From: Acutalibacteraceae bacterium | GTDB taxonomy: Bacteria; Bacillota; Clostridia; Oscillospirales; Acutalibacteraceae | Reading direction: 5' to 3' | DNA length: 64,000 nt | Assembly (NCBI GenBank): GCA_045544055.1 | Contig: JAZPYF010000045.1 | Coordinates: 13,597 to 77,596 of the forward strand | Part shown: piece after piece, positions 52,345 to 61,709 of the stretch | Layout of the letters: each line of letters opens with the position of its first letter | How positions within the stretch are numbered: position 1 is the first letter of the stretch | Program-made: the position numbers and the translations under genes | Notes under the pieces: model-generated | The model's database searches: none | Told to the model about the DNA's origin: nothing | The model's input: the letters and a program-made list of their open reading frames with translations, nothing else

Positions 52345-53169
52345 ATGAAAAAAATCGTTTCTCTTGTTCTGGTTGCCGTAATGCTTGCACTTGTGCTCAG
52401 CGCCTGCGGCGAAAATCAGAAATATAAGGATCTCAAGGAAATTGTTGTCGGTGTGTCTGTAGGCAAGTCTCCGCAGGATGAGGTTATGTACGGTCTCGAC
52501 CTGCATTTCCCCGATTACGGCTATAAGCTGGTTTACAAGGAGTATGAAACCTCTGTTCAGGCACTCGATGCTCTTGAAAACGGTGAGATAGATTTCAGCC
52601 TCATTTCCCGCAAGAACGAGTTTGAGGAGTATGGCTCAGAAAATCTTTTCAACCTCGGATCCGTATATTTCTACCCCTATGCAATCTACCTTATGAACTT
52701 TGATACAAAGGCTGAGATTGTTGAAGGTGCAAGCATAGCTATACCCGACGATGCAGAGGGTATGGCACGTGCGCTCCTGCTTCTTGCCGAAAACGGCTTT
52801 ATCACTCTCAAAGAGGGTGCAGGGCTTGATGCAAAGCTTGAAGACATAACAGCAAACGAAAAGCTTTACAAAATCACACCTGTTGCACACGATAAGGTTG
52901 CAGCTTCCGGTGCGGATATAGTTGTAATGGGCTCACTCGAAGCTGCTGAAGCAGGCTATGAGCGCCGTTTCGACGGTCTTGTCAGCGAAAAAGCCGAATC
53001 AGCCGCTGCGGTAGAATACGCAACGGTGTGCCTTGCAAGAGCGGCAGATGTGCGCTCTGAAAAAATTGAGCTTGTCAATAAGTATTTCTTCACCCGCCGT
53101 ATGTTCAATGCAATCGACGGCAGTAAAGCAAATATAATCGAATCTATGTTTGAAATTAAGGTTAAATGA
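52345..53169 (+). CDS. MetQ/NlpA-family substrate-binding lipoprotein, orphan
   Basis: 274 aa. Lipobox LVLSACG and the NlpA-type segment DDAEGMARALLLLAENGFITLKEG. No metN or metI is adjacent. Overlaps mnmA by 4 nt. Confidence 0.7.
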   Translation: MKKIVSLVLVAVMLALVLSACGENQKYKDLKEIVVGVSVGKSPQDEVMYGLDLHFPDYGYKLVYKEYETSVQALDALENGEIDFSLISRKNEFEEYGSENLFNLGSVYFYPYAIYLMNFDTKAEIVEGASIAIPDDAEGMARALLLLAENGFITLKEGAGLDAKLEDITANEKLYKITPVAHDKVAASGADIVVMGSLEAAEAGYERRFDGLVSEKAESAAAVEYATVCLARAADVRSEKIELVNKYFFTRRMFNAIDGSKANIIESMFEIKVK

Positions 53170-54203
53170 TGAAAACGGCAATTGCGATGAGCGGCGGAGT
53201 TGACAGCTCCGTTGCGGCTCTGCTTGTACAGCAGAGCGGATGTGATATGCTGGGTGTTACCATGCGTGCCTTTGAGGGTGCAGACAAAAGGGACGAGACC
53301 GATGCGGCAGCTGTTGCGGCAAGGCTCGGCTTTGAGCATATAACGGTTGACCTTTGTGAAAAATTTCGCAATACGGTAATGGATTATTTTGTCCGCAGCT
53401 ATATTGCGGGAGAAACACCGAATCCCTGCATATACTGTAATAAGGTGATTAAATTCGGTGCGCTTTTTGACAGCGTCAGAGCTCTGGGCTGTGAGTCGAT
53501 TGCAACGGGTCACTACGCAAGGATTAATAAAAACGGCGCTTCGGGCAGAGTGCTGCTTGAGCGTGCGGTTTATACTGAAAAAGACCAGAGCTATGTGCTG
53601 TGGCAGCTTTCTCAGGAGCAGCTCGCGGCGGCTCAGTTCCCTCTCGGGGATTATACCAAGCCGCAGGTCAGAGAGATTGCCGCCGAAAACGGCTTTGTTT
53701 CCTCTGACAGACCTGACAGCCAGGACATATGCTTTGTGTCTGACGGCTGCTACCGGGAATTTATTGAGCAGTTTACGGGCAAAACCTTTGCGCCGGGCGA
53801 TTTTGTCGGCACAGACGGCAAGCTCTGGGGCAGACACAAGGGTGTTATCGGTTACACAATAGGTCAGCGCAAGGGACTTGGAATCAGCGCACCTGCGCCG
53901 CTTTATGTTATAAAAAAAAGCGTTGAAGAAAACAGAGTTTACCTCGGCTCTCACGATGAGCTTTTTTCAAAGCGAGTTGAAGCGAGGGATATAAACCTTA
54001 TTGCCGTTGACAGGATTGATTCGTCAATGCGTGTTACGGCAAAAACAAGATACAGTCAGAAAGAGTCTGCGGCTACGGTTTACCAGACCGATTCCGACAG
54101 ACTTACCGTCGAGTTTGACGAGGCTCAGCGTGCAGTTACTCCCGGTCAGTCGGTGGTGCTGTACAGCGCAGATACCGTTGTCGGCGGCGGCATAATTTGT
54201 TGA
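53166..54203 (+). CDS. mnmA: tRNA 2-thiouridine(34) synthase
   Basis: 345 aa. PP-loop AIAMSGGVDSSVAA, NPCIYCN, and KDQSYVLW motifs. Confidence 0.93.
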   Translation: MMKTAIAMSGGVDSSVAALLVQQSGCDMLGVTMRAFEGADKRDETDAAAVAARLGFEHITVDLCEKFRNTVMDYFVRSYIAGETPNPCIYCNKVIKFGALFDSVRALGCESIATGHYARINKNGASGRVLLERAVYTEKDQSYVLWQLSQEQLAAAQFPLGDYTKPQVREIAAENGFVSSDRPDSQDICFVSDGCYREFIEQFTGKTFAPGDFVGTDGKLWGRHKGVIGYTIGQRKGLGISAPAPLYVIKKSVEENRVYLGSHDELFSKRVEARDINLIAVDRIDSSMRVTAKTRYSQKESAATVYQTDSDRLTVEFDEAQRAVTPGQSVVLYSADTVVGGGIIC

Positions 54204-54219
54204 GAAGGGTTGCAGATAA

Positions 54220-55593
54220 ATGGGCAGAAACTGTGCAGTTATCCTTGCCGCAGGCGAGGGCACAAGAATGAAATCCTCAAAACCCAAGGTGCTGGCAGAG
54301 GTGCTGTTTGTACCTATGCTCGATTGGGTGATACGTGCTGTTGAGTCGGCAGGGATTGAGGATATATGCGTTGTTACGGGTTACCGCAGTGAGGCCGTGT
54401 GTGAGCACCTCGGCGGCAGATACGAAACCGTACTTCAGACTCAGCGCCTGGGTACGGGTCACGCCGTAGCACAGGCAAAGGCTTTTATTGAGGCTCATTC
54501 GGGCGGAAACGTACTTGTCCTCAACGGCGACGCTCCGCTGATTGATAAAGACACAATAACGGGTGCGCTTGAATTTCACACATCACGCTCTGATTCAGCA
54601 ACGGTTGTTTCGGCAGAGATTGAAAATCCCACGGGCTATGGCCGTATGGTCAGAGGGGCTGACGGCTTGCTTGAAAGAATTGTCGAGCAGCGTGATGCGA
54701 GCGAGGAGGAAAAGAGAATCCGCGAGGTCAATTCAGGTGTTTACTGGTTTGAGTGTGATGCTCTTCTCGGTGCGCTTGATGATATTGCCTCAATGGGTAG
54801 AGAGAAAAAAGAAATCTATCTTACCGATGCCATTGAGATTCTTCTCAATCAGTGCAAACAGGCTGATGCTTATATAGCGGAAAATTCCGATGTTATTCTC
54901 GGCGCAAATGACCGCTTTCAGCTTATGGAGCTAAATGAGCTTGCGCGCAGGCGTATTCTGAAATCTCATATGATAAACGGTGTAAGTATTCCTTGTACGG
55001 ACGGAGTTATAATCGGTCCTGAGGTTACAATCGGAGCAGATACCGAAATCCTGCCCGGTACAATAATTACGGGCAAAACCGCAATCGGTAAAGGTTGCTC
55101 GGTTGGCCCTCAGAGCAGAATTGACAGCTGCACGGTGGGCGATGAATGTGTGCTGGATGCCGTACGCTGTGAAAACAGCAGAATTGGCAGTTCGGTAAAG
55201 CTCGGCCCCTTTACACACCTGCGCCCCGGAACCGTTCTTGAGGACGGAGTTCACGCAGGCAATTTTGTTGAAATAAAAAATTCCACCGTTGGCTCTGATA
55301 CGAAAATCAGCCATCTTACCTATGTGGGTGACAGCGATGTGGGCAACGGTGTGAATATAGGCTGCGGCTGTGCTACCGCCAACTATGACGGCACGCAGAA
55401 ATTCCGCACAACCGTAGGAGATAAGGCGTTTCTGGGCTGTCACACCTGTCTCGTCGCTCCGGTAAAAGTTGGTAATCACGCCTATACTGCGGCAGGCTCG
55501 GTTGTTACCGAGGATGTGCCTGACGGTACAATGGCGATTGCACGTTCAAGACAAACAATAAAAAGAAAAGTGAGGAAGTACAATGAAGATTAA
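54220..55593 (+). CDS. glmU: bifunctional UDP-N-acetylglucosamine pyrophosphorylase / glucosamine-1-phosphate N-acetyltransferase
   Basis: 457 aa. N-terminal ILAAGEGTRMKS and C-terminal left-handed beta-helix hexapeptide repeats. Confidence 0.93.
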   Translation: MGRNCAVILAAGEGTRMKSSKPKVLAEVLFVPMLDWVIRAVESAGIEDICVVTGYRSEAVCEHLGGRYETVLQTQRLGTGHAVAQAKAFIEAHSGGNVLVLNGDAPLIDKDTITGALEFHTSRSDSATVVSAEIENPTGYGRMVRGADGLLERIVEQRDASEEEKRIREVNSGVYWFECDALLGALDDIASMGREKKEIYLTDAIEILLNQCKQADAYIAENSDVILGANDRFQLMELNELARRRILKSHMINGVSIPCTDGVIIGPEVTIGADTEILPGTIITGKTAIGKGCSVGPQSRIDSCTVGDECVLDAVRCENSRIGSSVKLGPFTHLRPGTVLEDGVHAGNFVEIKNSTVGSDTKISHLTYVGDSDVGNGVNIGCGCATANYDGTQKFRTTVGDKAFLGCHTCLVAPVKVGNHAYTAAGSVVTEDVPDGTMAIARSRQTIKRKVRKYNED

Positions 55594-56665
55594 AAGAACA
55601 GCAGCTCTCCTGCTTGCGCTTGTAATGCTTTTTGCCTTTACAGCATGCAAGGGCGGCGACAAACCCAACAAACCCTCCAAGTCAGGTTCACTTTATGCAG
55701 GCTTTGAAGAGATTTTTGAGGACGGCGGACTGAAAGCTTATTACCTCAAGAACCCCGATACATTCACCGCAGCAGCCGTTGAAGAAATGGGTATGACCAA
55801 GGAAGATGCTCAGGCTTTCCTTTCGGACAGCGACAGCTGGAATTTCTACAACCTTAACATAGCTATAAGCAACGGAACAGAAAAGAACTATACCTTCGTT
55901 TCCTTTGAGGGCAGTGAAACACCCGAGGGAATGTGGTTCAGCACAAGCCCGATAAACGGCGAGCTTTCAATTCCGCCCTCGGTGCTTGATCAGCTCTATC
56001 CCGCAACAGTACTTATCAATACCGAAAAAATCAGCACAACCGGAATGTACTCTGCCGTAGCAAATATGACAATCAAGGTGAATTACTTTGAAACTCCTGC
56101 AGATGACAATGAGGAAGTTCCCCAGTCAGCATACAAACAGCTCAAGGTTGATAACAAAATTGTTGCTCCCGAAGACGACAAGGTTGAGCCTGAGGAACAG
56201 ATTTCCGCAAAGCGTACAACCATTGAAGATGCTTCTGCTTTCCTTGAGGCATTCAAGTCCAACGCAATCGCTTTCAGCAACGAATCCAAGCTCTACGGTA
56301 TGGACAGCGAAACTGCTGCAAAGGCAATCTCTGAGGACGGCGGCTGGCAGTGCTACACTCTCAATATCGAAATCAATAATAAGACCGATGATGAGCTGAC
56401 CGTCAACAAGATTATTGCGGCCGATAACGGCAAGAACGGTGTCTGGGTCTGCAGCGTTTCTCAGTACGGCGAATACGGTATGCCTGCAAACGATACACAG
56501 GTTCTGCCTGTAACAGTGCTTATCGATGCAAATGCTCTGGGTGGCAATTCCGCCCAGGATGCAATCTCCAAGGTTGCTCTTCAGCTTGAGTACATCGCAG
56601 GCGCAACAATAGACGACCTCGGCAACGAGAGCGTTCTTCCCTCAAAGACAGTTGATGTAAAATAA
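55583..56665 (+). CDS. lipoprotein of unknown function with an internal tandem domain duplication
   Basis: Lipobox LFAFTACKG. Two related halves: SWNFYNLNIAISNGTEKNYTF...GMWFSTSP...ATVLINTE versus GWQCYTLNIEINNKTDDELTV...GVWVCSVS...VTVLIDAN. Overlaps the glmU 3' end by 11 nt. Confidence 0.6.
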   Translation: MKIKRTAALLLALVMLFAFTACKGGDKPNKPSKSGSLYAGFEEIFEDGGLKAYYLKNPDTFTAAAVEEMGMTKEDAQAFLSDSDSWNFYNLNIAISNGTEKNYTFVSFEGSETPEGMWFSTSPINGELSIPPSVLDQLYPATVLINTEKISTTGMYSAVANMTIKVNYFETPADDNEEVPQSAYKQLKVDNKIVAPEDDKVEPEEQISAKRTTIEDASAFLEAFKSNAIAFSNESKLYGMDSETAAKAISEDGGWQCYTLNIEINNKTDDELTVNKIIAADNGKNGVWVCSVSQYGEYGMPANDTQVLPVTVLIDANALGGNSAQDAISKVALQLEYIAGATIDDLGNESVLPSKTVDVK

Positions 56666-56679
56666 AATTCATTTAACAC

Positions 56680-56727
56680 AAAAAAAGTTGCAAACCGATT
56701 AAATGTCGGTTTGCAACTTTTATTTTT
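56680..56727. terminator. bidirectional terminator
   Basis: Perfect 13-bp stem AGTTGCAAACCGA / TCGGTTTGCAACT, 7-nt loop, with A-run and T-run flanks. Confidence 0.85.
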
Positions 56728-56735
56728 TCGTTTGT

Positions 56736-57356
56736 TCACTTTGTTTTATCTTTGCTAAGCACTTTTTTGCACCAAGTACGTTTGTTGCATTTGGGACACT
56801 TTAAGTAACGGGTAGTTCCCATGTGCATCGCATTAAGTGCCTGCGTATAGGTAGGCACAATCTCGTGGCCGCAATTTTTGCACTTGTAAGCACCTACGCT
56901 CACTTCAAGTTTTAATGCATAGAAACACGGTATCAAAAACACAACACAAACGCCAAGAATTGTGACAAGCTGCCACACTCCTTCCGGTATCAAAAATGCG
57001 GCAATAAAGATACCTGCAAGCAGGGCTAACATACTTACACCCATAATTACCCACATAGAAGTCCAGATGGTTTTGTTTTTTTGTTCTGCTTCTTTCGCCA
57101 TTTCAAGCAAAAGCTGCTCGTTTTTCTTGTTGCTGTTTTCCATGCTGATTCTCTCCCCACATAATAATTCGTTCACGCTGATACCAAGAACATCGCACAG
57201 CTTAAGCATAATTGATGCATCCGGCAGTGACCTGCCGTTTTCCCACTTTGAAACTGCGCGGTCTGTGATGTTCAGCTTTTCGGCAAGCTGCAACTGAGTG
57301 AGATTGTTTTTCTTTCTGCACTCAGCAATGAATCTTCCGATTTTGAGCTGGTCCAT
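56736..57356 (-). CDS. membrane-tethered XRE-family HTH regulator with C-terminal Cys4 zinc-ribbon
   Basis: N-terminal HTH (LTQLQLAEKLNITDRAVSKWENGRSLP), two TM helices (IWTSMWVIMGVSMLALLAGIFIAAFLI and VTILGVCVVFLIPCFYAL), C-terminal CKNCGH...CPKCNK. Confidence 0.8.
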   Translation of the reverse strand: MDQLKIGRFIAECRKKNNLTQLQLAEKLNITDRAVSKWENGRSLPDASIMLKLCDVLGISVNELLCGERISMENSNKKNEQLLLEMAKEAEQKNKTIWTSMWVIMGVSMLALLAGIFIAAFLIPEGVWQLVTILGVCVVFLIPCFYALKLEVSVGAYKCKNCGHEIVPTYTQALNAMHMGTTRYLKCPKCNKRTWCKKVLSKDKTK

Positions 57357-57453
57357 ACATCAGCCTCCTTTCAGTATTAAGTATAGGCTGTTTTGCGGCT
57401 CGTTTCAACAAACCAAAGGTTGAGTGGGGGTAGGGGGAGATGAATTTTTGGGT

Positions 57454-57921
57454 TTAATGTACTTTGCAGGACCATGTTTTTACAGTCAGCTTAAACACGG
57501 TTGTTTCTTTTAACAGGCTTTCGTCAAATTCCCATTCTGCCTTGTTTGTGTAATGGAACATTATTCTTTTCAGACCGTGGATTTTTTCACTCTCGTCCGA
57601 AATAAAGTCCGCTGAGCCTGTGCCCATAATGCATTGATACAGATAAGTGAAATTACATCCAAGCTCGCCGCCTGTCAGTTGATGCTTTGTGTCCATTTCA
57701 AAAGCGACGGTAGCTCTCTTTGACAAAAGGTCAATTTTTCTGCCCTCGTTCGCACAGTGAAAATACAGGGTGATCTGCCTGTTATCAATATCATAACCGA
57801 AATTCATAGGCACGATGTATGCTTCTTCACCGTCTGAAAAACCAAGCCTGCAGCAATCGCAGGCTTTCATTATTTCTGTCATTTCAGAAAAGTCCGTAAC
57901 TTCTCTGTCTTTTCTTCTCAT
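57454..57921 (-). CDS. pyridoxamine 5'-phosphate oxidase-family (Nim-like) flavoprotein
   Basis: 155 aa. MRRKDREVTD...CRLGF..GEEAYIVPMNFGY is typical of this family. Confidence 0.75.
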   Translation of the reverse strand: MRRKDREVTDFSEMTEIMKACDCCRLGFSDGEEAYIVPMNFGYDIDNRQITLYFHCANEGRKIDLLSKRATVAFEMDTKHQLTGGELGCNFTYLYQCIMGTGSADFISDESEKIHGLKRIMFHYTNKAEWEFDESLLKETTVFKLTVKTWSCKVH

Positions 57922-57950
57922 TGAAAATTCACTCCATAAATCATTGATTT

Positions 57951-59318
57951 TCAGTCGGTGCCTTTAATCAACAGCGCGACAGTCTCAACATGTGCGGTGC
58001 GGGGGAACATATCTACGGGGGTGACGAGGTTGGTGCCGTTTTCTTCGGCAACACGGTATCCGAGTGTGTCGAAAATCGCACAGTCGCGTGCGAGGGTTGC
58101 AGGGTCGCACGAAACGTATACGATTCTTTCGGGCAACATCTGCACAACGGTACGGATAAGCTCCTCGTCGCAGCCCTTTCTCGGCGGGTCAAGTATTATT
58201 ACATTGGGCTTGATTCCCTCGTCTTTGAGCTTTTCTGCGGCTGCTGCGGCATCTGCGCAGATGAAGCGTGCGTTGGTTATTGAGTTGCGCTTTGCGTTTT
58301 CCTTTGCATTTTCAATCGCAGGCGCTACTATTTCAACTCCGATTAGTGACTTTACTTTTTTTGCCATTGTGAGTCCGATTGTGCCAACTCCGCAGTACAT
58401 ATCAAGCAGTACTGTGTCGGGTGTGAGGTTGGCATATTCTGCGGCAATTGAATAGAGCTTTTCGGTTTGCAGGCGGTTGACCTGATAAAACGACAGAGGT
58501 GAAATTTCAAACTGAGTGCCGAGGAGTGAATCTGTTATTGAGCTTTTCCCGAACAGATTCTTTATTTTGTTGCCGAGAATTACATTCGTTTTTTCTGTGT
58601 TGATGTTAAGGCTCAGCCCTGTTACGCCAAGTGCTGAGAGCTTCTCCCAAAGTGAGTCTGCGTGGGGGAGGGCGCTGCCGTTGATTACAATGCATACGGC
58701 AACCTCTTTGCAGCTTTCCGAGCAACGAAGGTAGAGGTGACGCACAAGCCCCTTGTGAGTGCTTTCGTCATATATGCTGATGCGGTTTTCTTCAATCCAG
58801 CTTCTGAATTCTTCCGCAATTTTTGAAAACAGCTCAGGCTGAAGCTTACACGAGCTGCAGTCGGTTATATTATGGCTGTGGAATGAATAAAAGCCGATTT
58901 TTGCTTTGCCCTTTTCTTCTCCGAGCGGAAGCTGAGCCTTGTTGCGGTAGCCGTCAGTTGTTTCACAGCCGACTATCGGTTGCAAAGTCAGCGGCAGACC
59001 GCCTATACGCCTGAATGCGTCTTCTACGCGCTGTTGCTTGATTTTAAGCTCGGCGGCATAGCTGATATGCCTGTAAACACAGCCGCCGCAACGGCTGAAT
59101 ACAGGGCAGTCAACTTCAATTCTGTCCGGCGAGGGAGAGAGGATTTCTTTAACCTTTGCAATTGCGTAGTTTTTCTTTACCTTTATGGCGTGTGCAAGCA
59201 CTCTGTCGCCTACGGCTGTGCCTGCAACGAAAACGGCTAACGAATCCTTATGACCTACTCCGTTGCCCTCAACGGTCATACCTGTTATTTCAATTTCAAA
59301 TTCATCATTCTTTTTCAC
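57951..59318 (-). CDS. rlmD: 23S rRNA (uracil-C5)-methyltransferase, RlmD/RumA family
   Basis: 455 aa. N-terminal TRAM domain, Fe-S cysteines CPVFSRCGGCVYRH, SAM motif LDMYCGVGTIGL, catalytic YVSCDPATLARD. Confidence 0.88.
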   Translation of the reverse strand: MKKNDEFEIEITGMTVEGNGVGHKDSLAVFVAGTAVGDRVLAHAIKVKKNYAIAKVKEILSPSPDRIEVDCPVFSRCGGCVYRHISYAAELKIKQQRVEDAFRRIGGLPLTLQPIVGCETTDGYRNKAQLPLGEEKGKAKIGFYSFHSHNITDCSSCKLQPELFSKIAEEFRSWIEENRISIYDESTHKGLVRHLYLRCSESCKEVAVCIVINGSALPHADSLWEKLSALGVTGLSLNINTEKTNVILGNKIKNLFGKSSITDSLLGTQFEISPLSFYQVNRLQTEKLYSIAAEYANLTPDTVLLDMYCGVGTIGLTMAKKVKSLIGVEIVAPAIENAKENAKRNSITNARFICADAAAAAEKLKDEGIKPNVIILDPPRKGCDEELIRTVVQMLPERIVYVSCDPATLARDCAIFDTLGYRVAEENGTNLVTPVDMFPRTAHVETVALLIKGTD

Positions 59319-59776
59319 GCTTTTTTACCTCTGCGTTTTTGTATAAAGATAATTGCTTTGTAAATCACAAAGCCTGCGGCAACTCCGACAAGGCTGCCTA
59401 CAGCATCAACCGCTATGTCTGTCAGCTGAAAGGCTCTGCCCTCAACAAAAATCTGGTGGATTTCATCTGATACGGCATAGAGTACGGAAACCGCAAAGCT
59501 GAGCAGCGCTCTCGGTCGGGTGAAGGTGTGATAAAAGGCGTTGAAAAGCAACAGAGCAAGTCCGCAATATTCAAGGCCGTGAGCTATTGAGCGGAAAGCA
59601 TCGTGACCGATAAGCTCTGTCAATCCGGTGAAGATTTTTTCGAGAAATGACATCATGCCAAGACTTGTCTGAGCTGATTCGGAGGCTACCTGAGCTGAAA
59701 GATAAAATATAATTGTCATACATACCGCAACAAGCAACCAGCTTATTGCGAGCGTGATTTTTCGTTTGAGAGTCAT
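59315..59776 (-). CDS. VanZ-family membrane protein
   Basis: 153 aa, four hydrophobic helices, SDEIHQIFVEGRAFQLTDI motif. 4-nt overlap with rlmD. Confidence 0.75.
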   Translation of the reverse strand: MTLKRKITLAISWLLVAVCMTIIFYLSAQVASESAQTSLGMMSFLEKIFTGLTELIGHDAFRSIAHGLEYCGLALLLFNAFYHTFTRPRALLSFAVSVLYAVSDEIHQIFVEGRAFQLTDIAVDAVGSLVGVAAGFVIYKAIIFIQKRRGKKA

Positions 59777-59780
59777 TGTA

Positions 59781-61412
59781 TCAATCCTTAAGAAGCTGAG
59801 TTTCGTTCATCACAAGCATATCGCCCGAGTGAAGAATATTCACCGTTGTGATGCTTGGATTAGCCGCTATGTATCTGCTCCTGAAGAAAATCGGGCAGAT
59901 TACCGCGTTCTGAAGCAGATATTTCTGAGCGGCAGAGCAGCCCTGTGCAACGCTTTCGGGTGAGCCTGCCGAGAGAAGCTGTGAAAGAAGAGTGTTGAAG
60001 TTTTCGGAGGAGTAGCGGCATACGTTTGAACCGTTACGGAAAGAATAGAGGAATTCAACCGCCGTTTGTGCCGATGTGGTTATCGGAGCGAGAGCACACT
60101 GATACTTGCCTTGCGAAACTCGCTTTACAAGCTCATCCTCGCTGACAACTTCAACTCTTGCCGAGAGTGTTATTCCGAAAAGCTGCTGCCAACTCTGTAT
60201 ATTGCGGCGTACTGCTGTTTCAAATTCTTCCGTGCAGAGTATGCTGAAAGAACATTCATTGCCTTGAGCATATTCGTCATAATATTTTTTCGCTGTTGCC
60301 GCATTTTGTTCAAGACTGCCGAGCGCAGGTACAATATCGTATAAAGATCTGCCTTCAATTTTGCAGGAGGGCGGAATTATACCCTTGGCAGGTACGGTCA
60401 TATCCTTGGCGGCTGAGCGGATTTCGTTAAAATCCGCCGAAGCAACAAGTGCGAGCCTGAGCTTTGTGCTGCTCATAACAGCGTCGGAGCAGTTAAAAAT
60501 CATACCCCAGACCGTGTTCTGTATTTCGGTTACATTACAGCCTTCGTCCTGTGCGGTTTTCACCTGAGAGGCTGTCAGTGGTGCAACTGCATAATTTTTT
60601 TCCAAAAGGTTGCCGATAATTATTTCGGGGTCGTTTGTGAAAGCATATGTGACCGAATAGACAGCCGCCTGCGATTGCGGATTGTCTGTATTGCGGCGCA
60701 GTACAATGTTGCTCTCCTTGTACCAGCGTGAAAGATAAAAGGGTCCGTTGCAAAGCACACTTTCAGCGTTGAGACCGTAGCGACCCTTTGTCGCTTCAAA
60801 GAAAGCTCTGTTGCAGGGTGCGGTGATCGGCTCGGTAAGCATCTGCATAAATTCGGAGCTTGCGTATTCAAGCTCAATCTGCAGGGTGTAATCGTCAAGC
60901 GCTTTTACTCCGAGCTGACTTACGGGCAGTTCACCCTTGTTTACCTTTTCGGCGTTTTTAATCATAAAAAGGCGGTATGCCTGAGGTGCTTTTGTTGCAG
61001 GATCAAGTGCACGCTGAAAGCCGAAAACAAAATCGTGCGCAGTTACCCTGAGGTCAATTGCCGTTTCGTATCCTTCGCCGAAAATTTCCTCGTGGTTGGA
61101 ATTGATGTGCCATTTTACATTGTTGTGCAGGCGGAAAGCATAGGTCAATCCGTCGGAGGTAGCAACAGCTGCAGCTGCCGCAGGCACGATTTTGCCCTCG
61201 GCATCAATCCGCATAAGCCCCTCGTAGCAGTTTGCGGCAATCGTAATACTTTCGGCTGTGTTTGCCGTCTGTGGGTCAACTGAGAGCGGTTCGACAGCCA
61301 TAGGGCAGCGCAGCTCGGCGTCTTTTACCGTTTTTGAGCAGGCAGAGAGCGTGCAGAAAACTGTTATCAGCGAAAAAACTGCGGAAAGAATCCGCAAGGT
61401 GCGTTTTGTCAT
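59781..61412 (-). CDS. family-5 (peptide/oligosaccharide type) ABC substrate-binding lipoprotein, orphan
   Basis: Lipobox CTLSACS, with size and pattern of SBP family 5. Start ATG 61412 preferred over the track's TTG 61424, but this is uncertain. No transporter genes are adjacent. Confidence 0.7.
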   Translation of the reverse strand: MTKRTLRILSAVFSLITVFCTLSACSKTVKDAELRCPMAVEPLSVDPQTANTAESITIAANCYEGLMRIDAEGKIVPAAAAAVATSDGLTYAFRLHNNVKWHINSNHEEIFGEGYETAIDLRVTAHDFVFGFQRALDPATKAPQAYRLFMIKNAEKVNKGELPVSQLGVKALDDYTLQIELEYASSEFMQMLTEPITAPCNRAFFEATKGRYGLNAESVLCNGPFYLSRWYKESNIVLRRNTDNPQSQAAVYSVTYAFTNDPEIIIGNLLEKNYAVAPLTASQVKTAQDEGCNVTEIQNTVWGMIFNCSDAVMSSTKLRLALVASADFNEIRSAAKDMTVPAKGIIPPSCKIEGRSLYDIVPALGSLEQNAATAKKYYDEYAQGNECSFSILCTEEFETAVRRNIQSWQQLFGITLSARVEVVSEDELVKRVSQGKYQCALAPITTSAQTAVEFLYSFRNGSNVCRYSSENFNTLLSQLLSAGSPESVAQGCSAAQKYLLQNAVICPIFFRSRYIAANPSITTVNILHSGDMLVMNETQLLKD

Positions 61413-61586
61413 TTTTATTAACAACTCACTTTATATAGTGTAATGTAATTATATAATCAACAATATATTTATTATATAACATTATTTGGTGTAAGTAAAT
61501 GTTTTCCGAATATGTTTGACAAAAAAGATTTTGATAAAACAATATTGCAAAACAGTTAAAAATTTGTGCAATTTCTAAAAAAATTA

Positions 61587-61615
61587 TTGAAATAGTTAAA
61601 AGGTTATGTTATAAT
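61587..61615 (+). promoter_or_regulatory. sigma-A-type promoter with extended -10 for the EF-G paralogue
   Basis: TTGAAA 61587-61592, 17-nt spacer ending in TGT, TATAAT 61610-61615. Followed by the hairpin TATTCGC-TTTTT-GCGAATA. Confidence 0.6.
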
Positions 61616-61709
61616 TCACCATAGTATTCGCTTTTTGCGAATATAATCAGCTAACTCAGTATTATTTTCGGTCGGAAAAATATATTCCGGTCGCAAGGAG
61701 GAAACCACA

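Noticed and set aside
52956-53954. 332-aa minus-strand ORF antisense to mnmA
   Set aside because: It is the shadow frame of a well-supported tRNA thiolase gene. Its composition is Arg/Ala/Ser-rich and it has no start-site signals.
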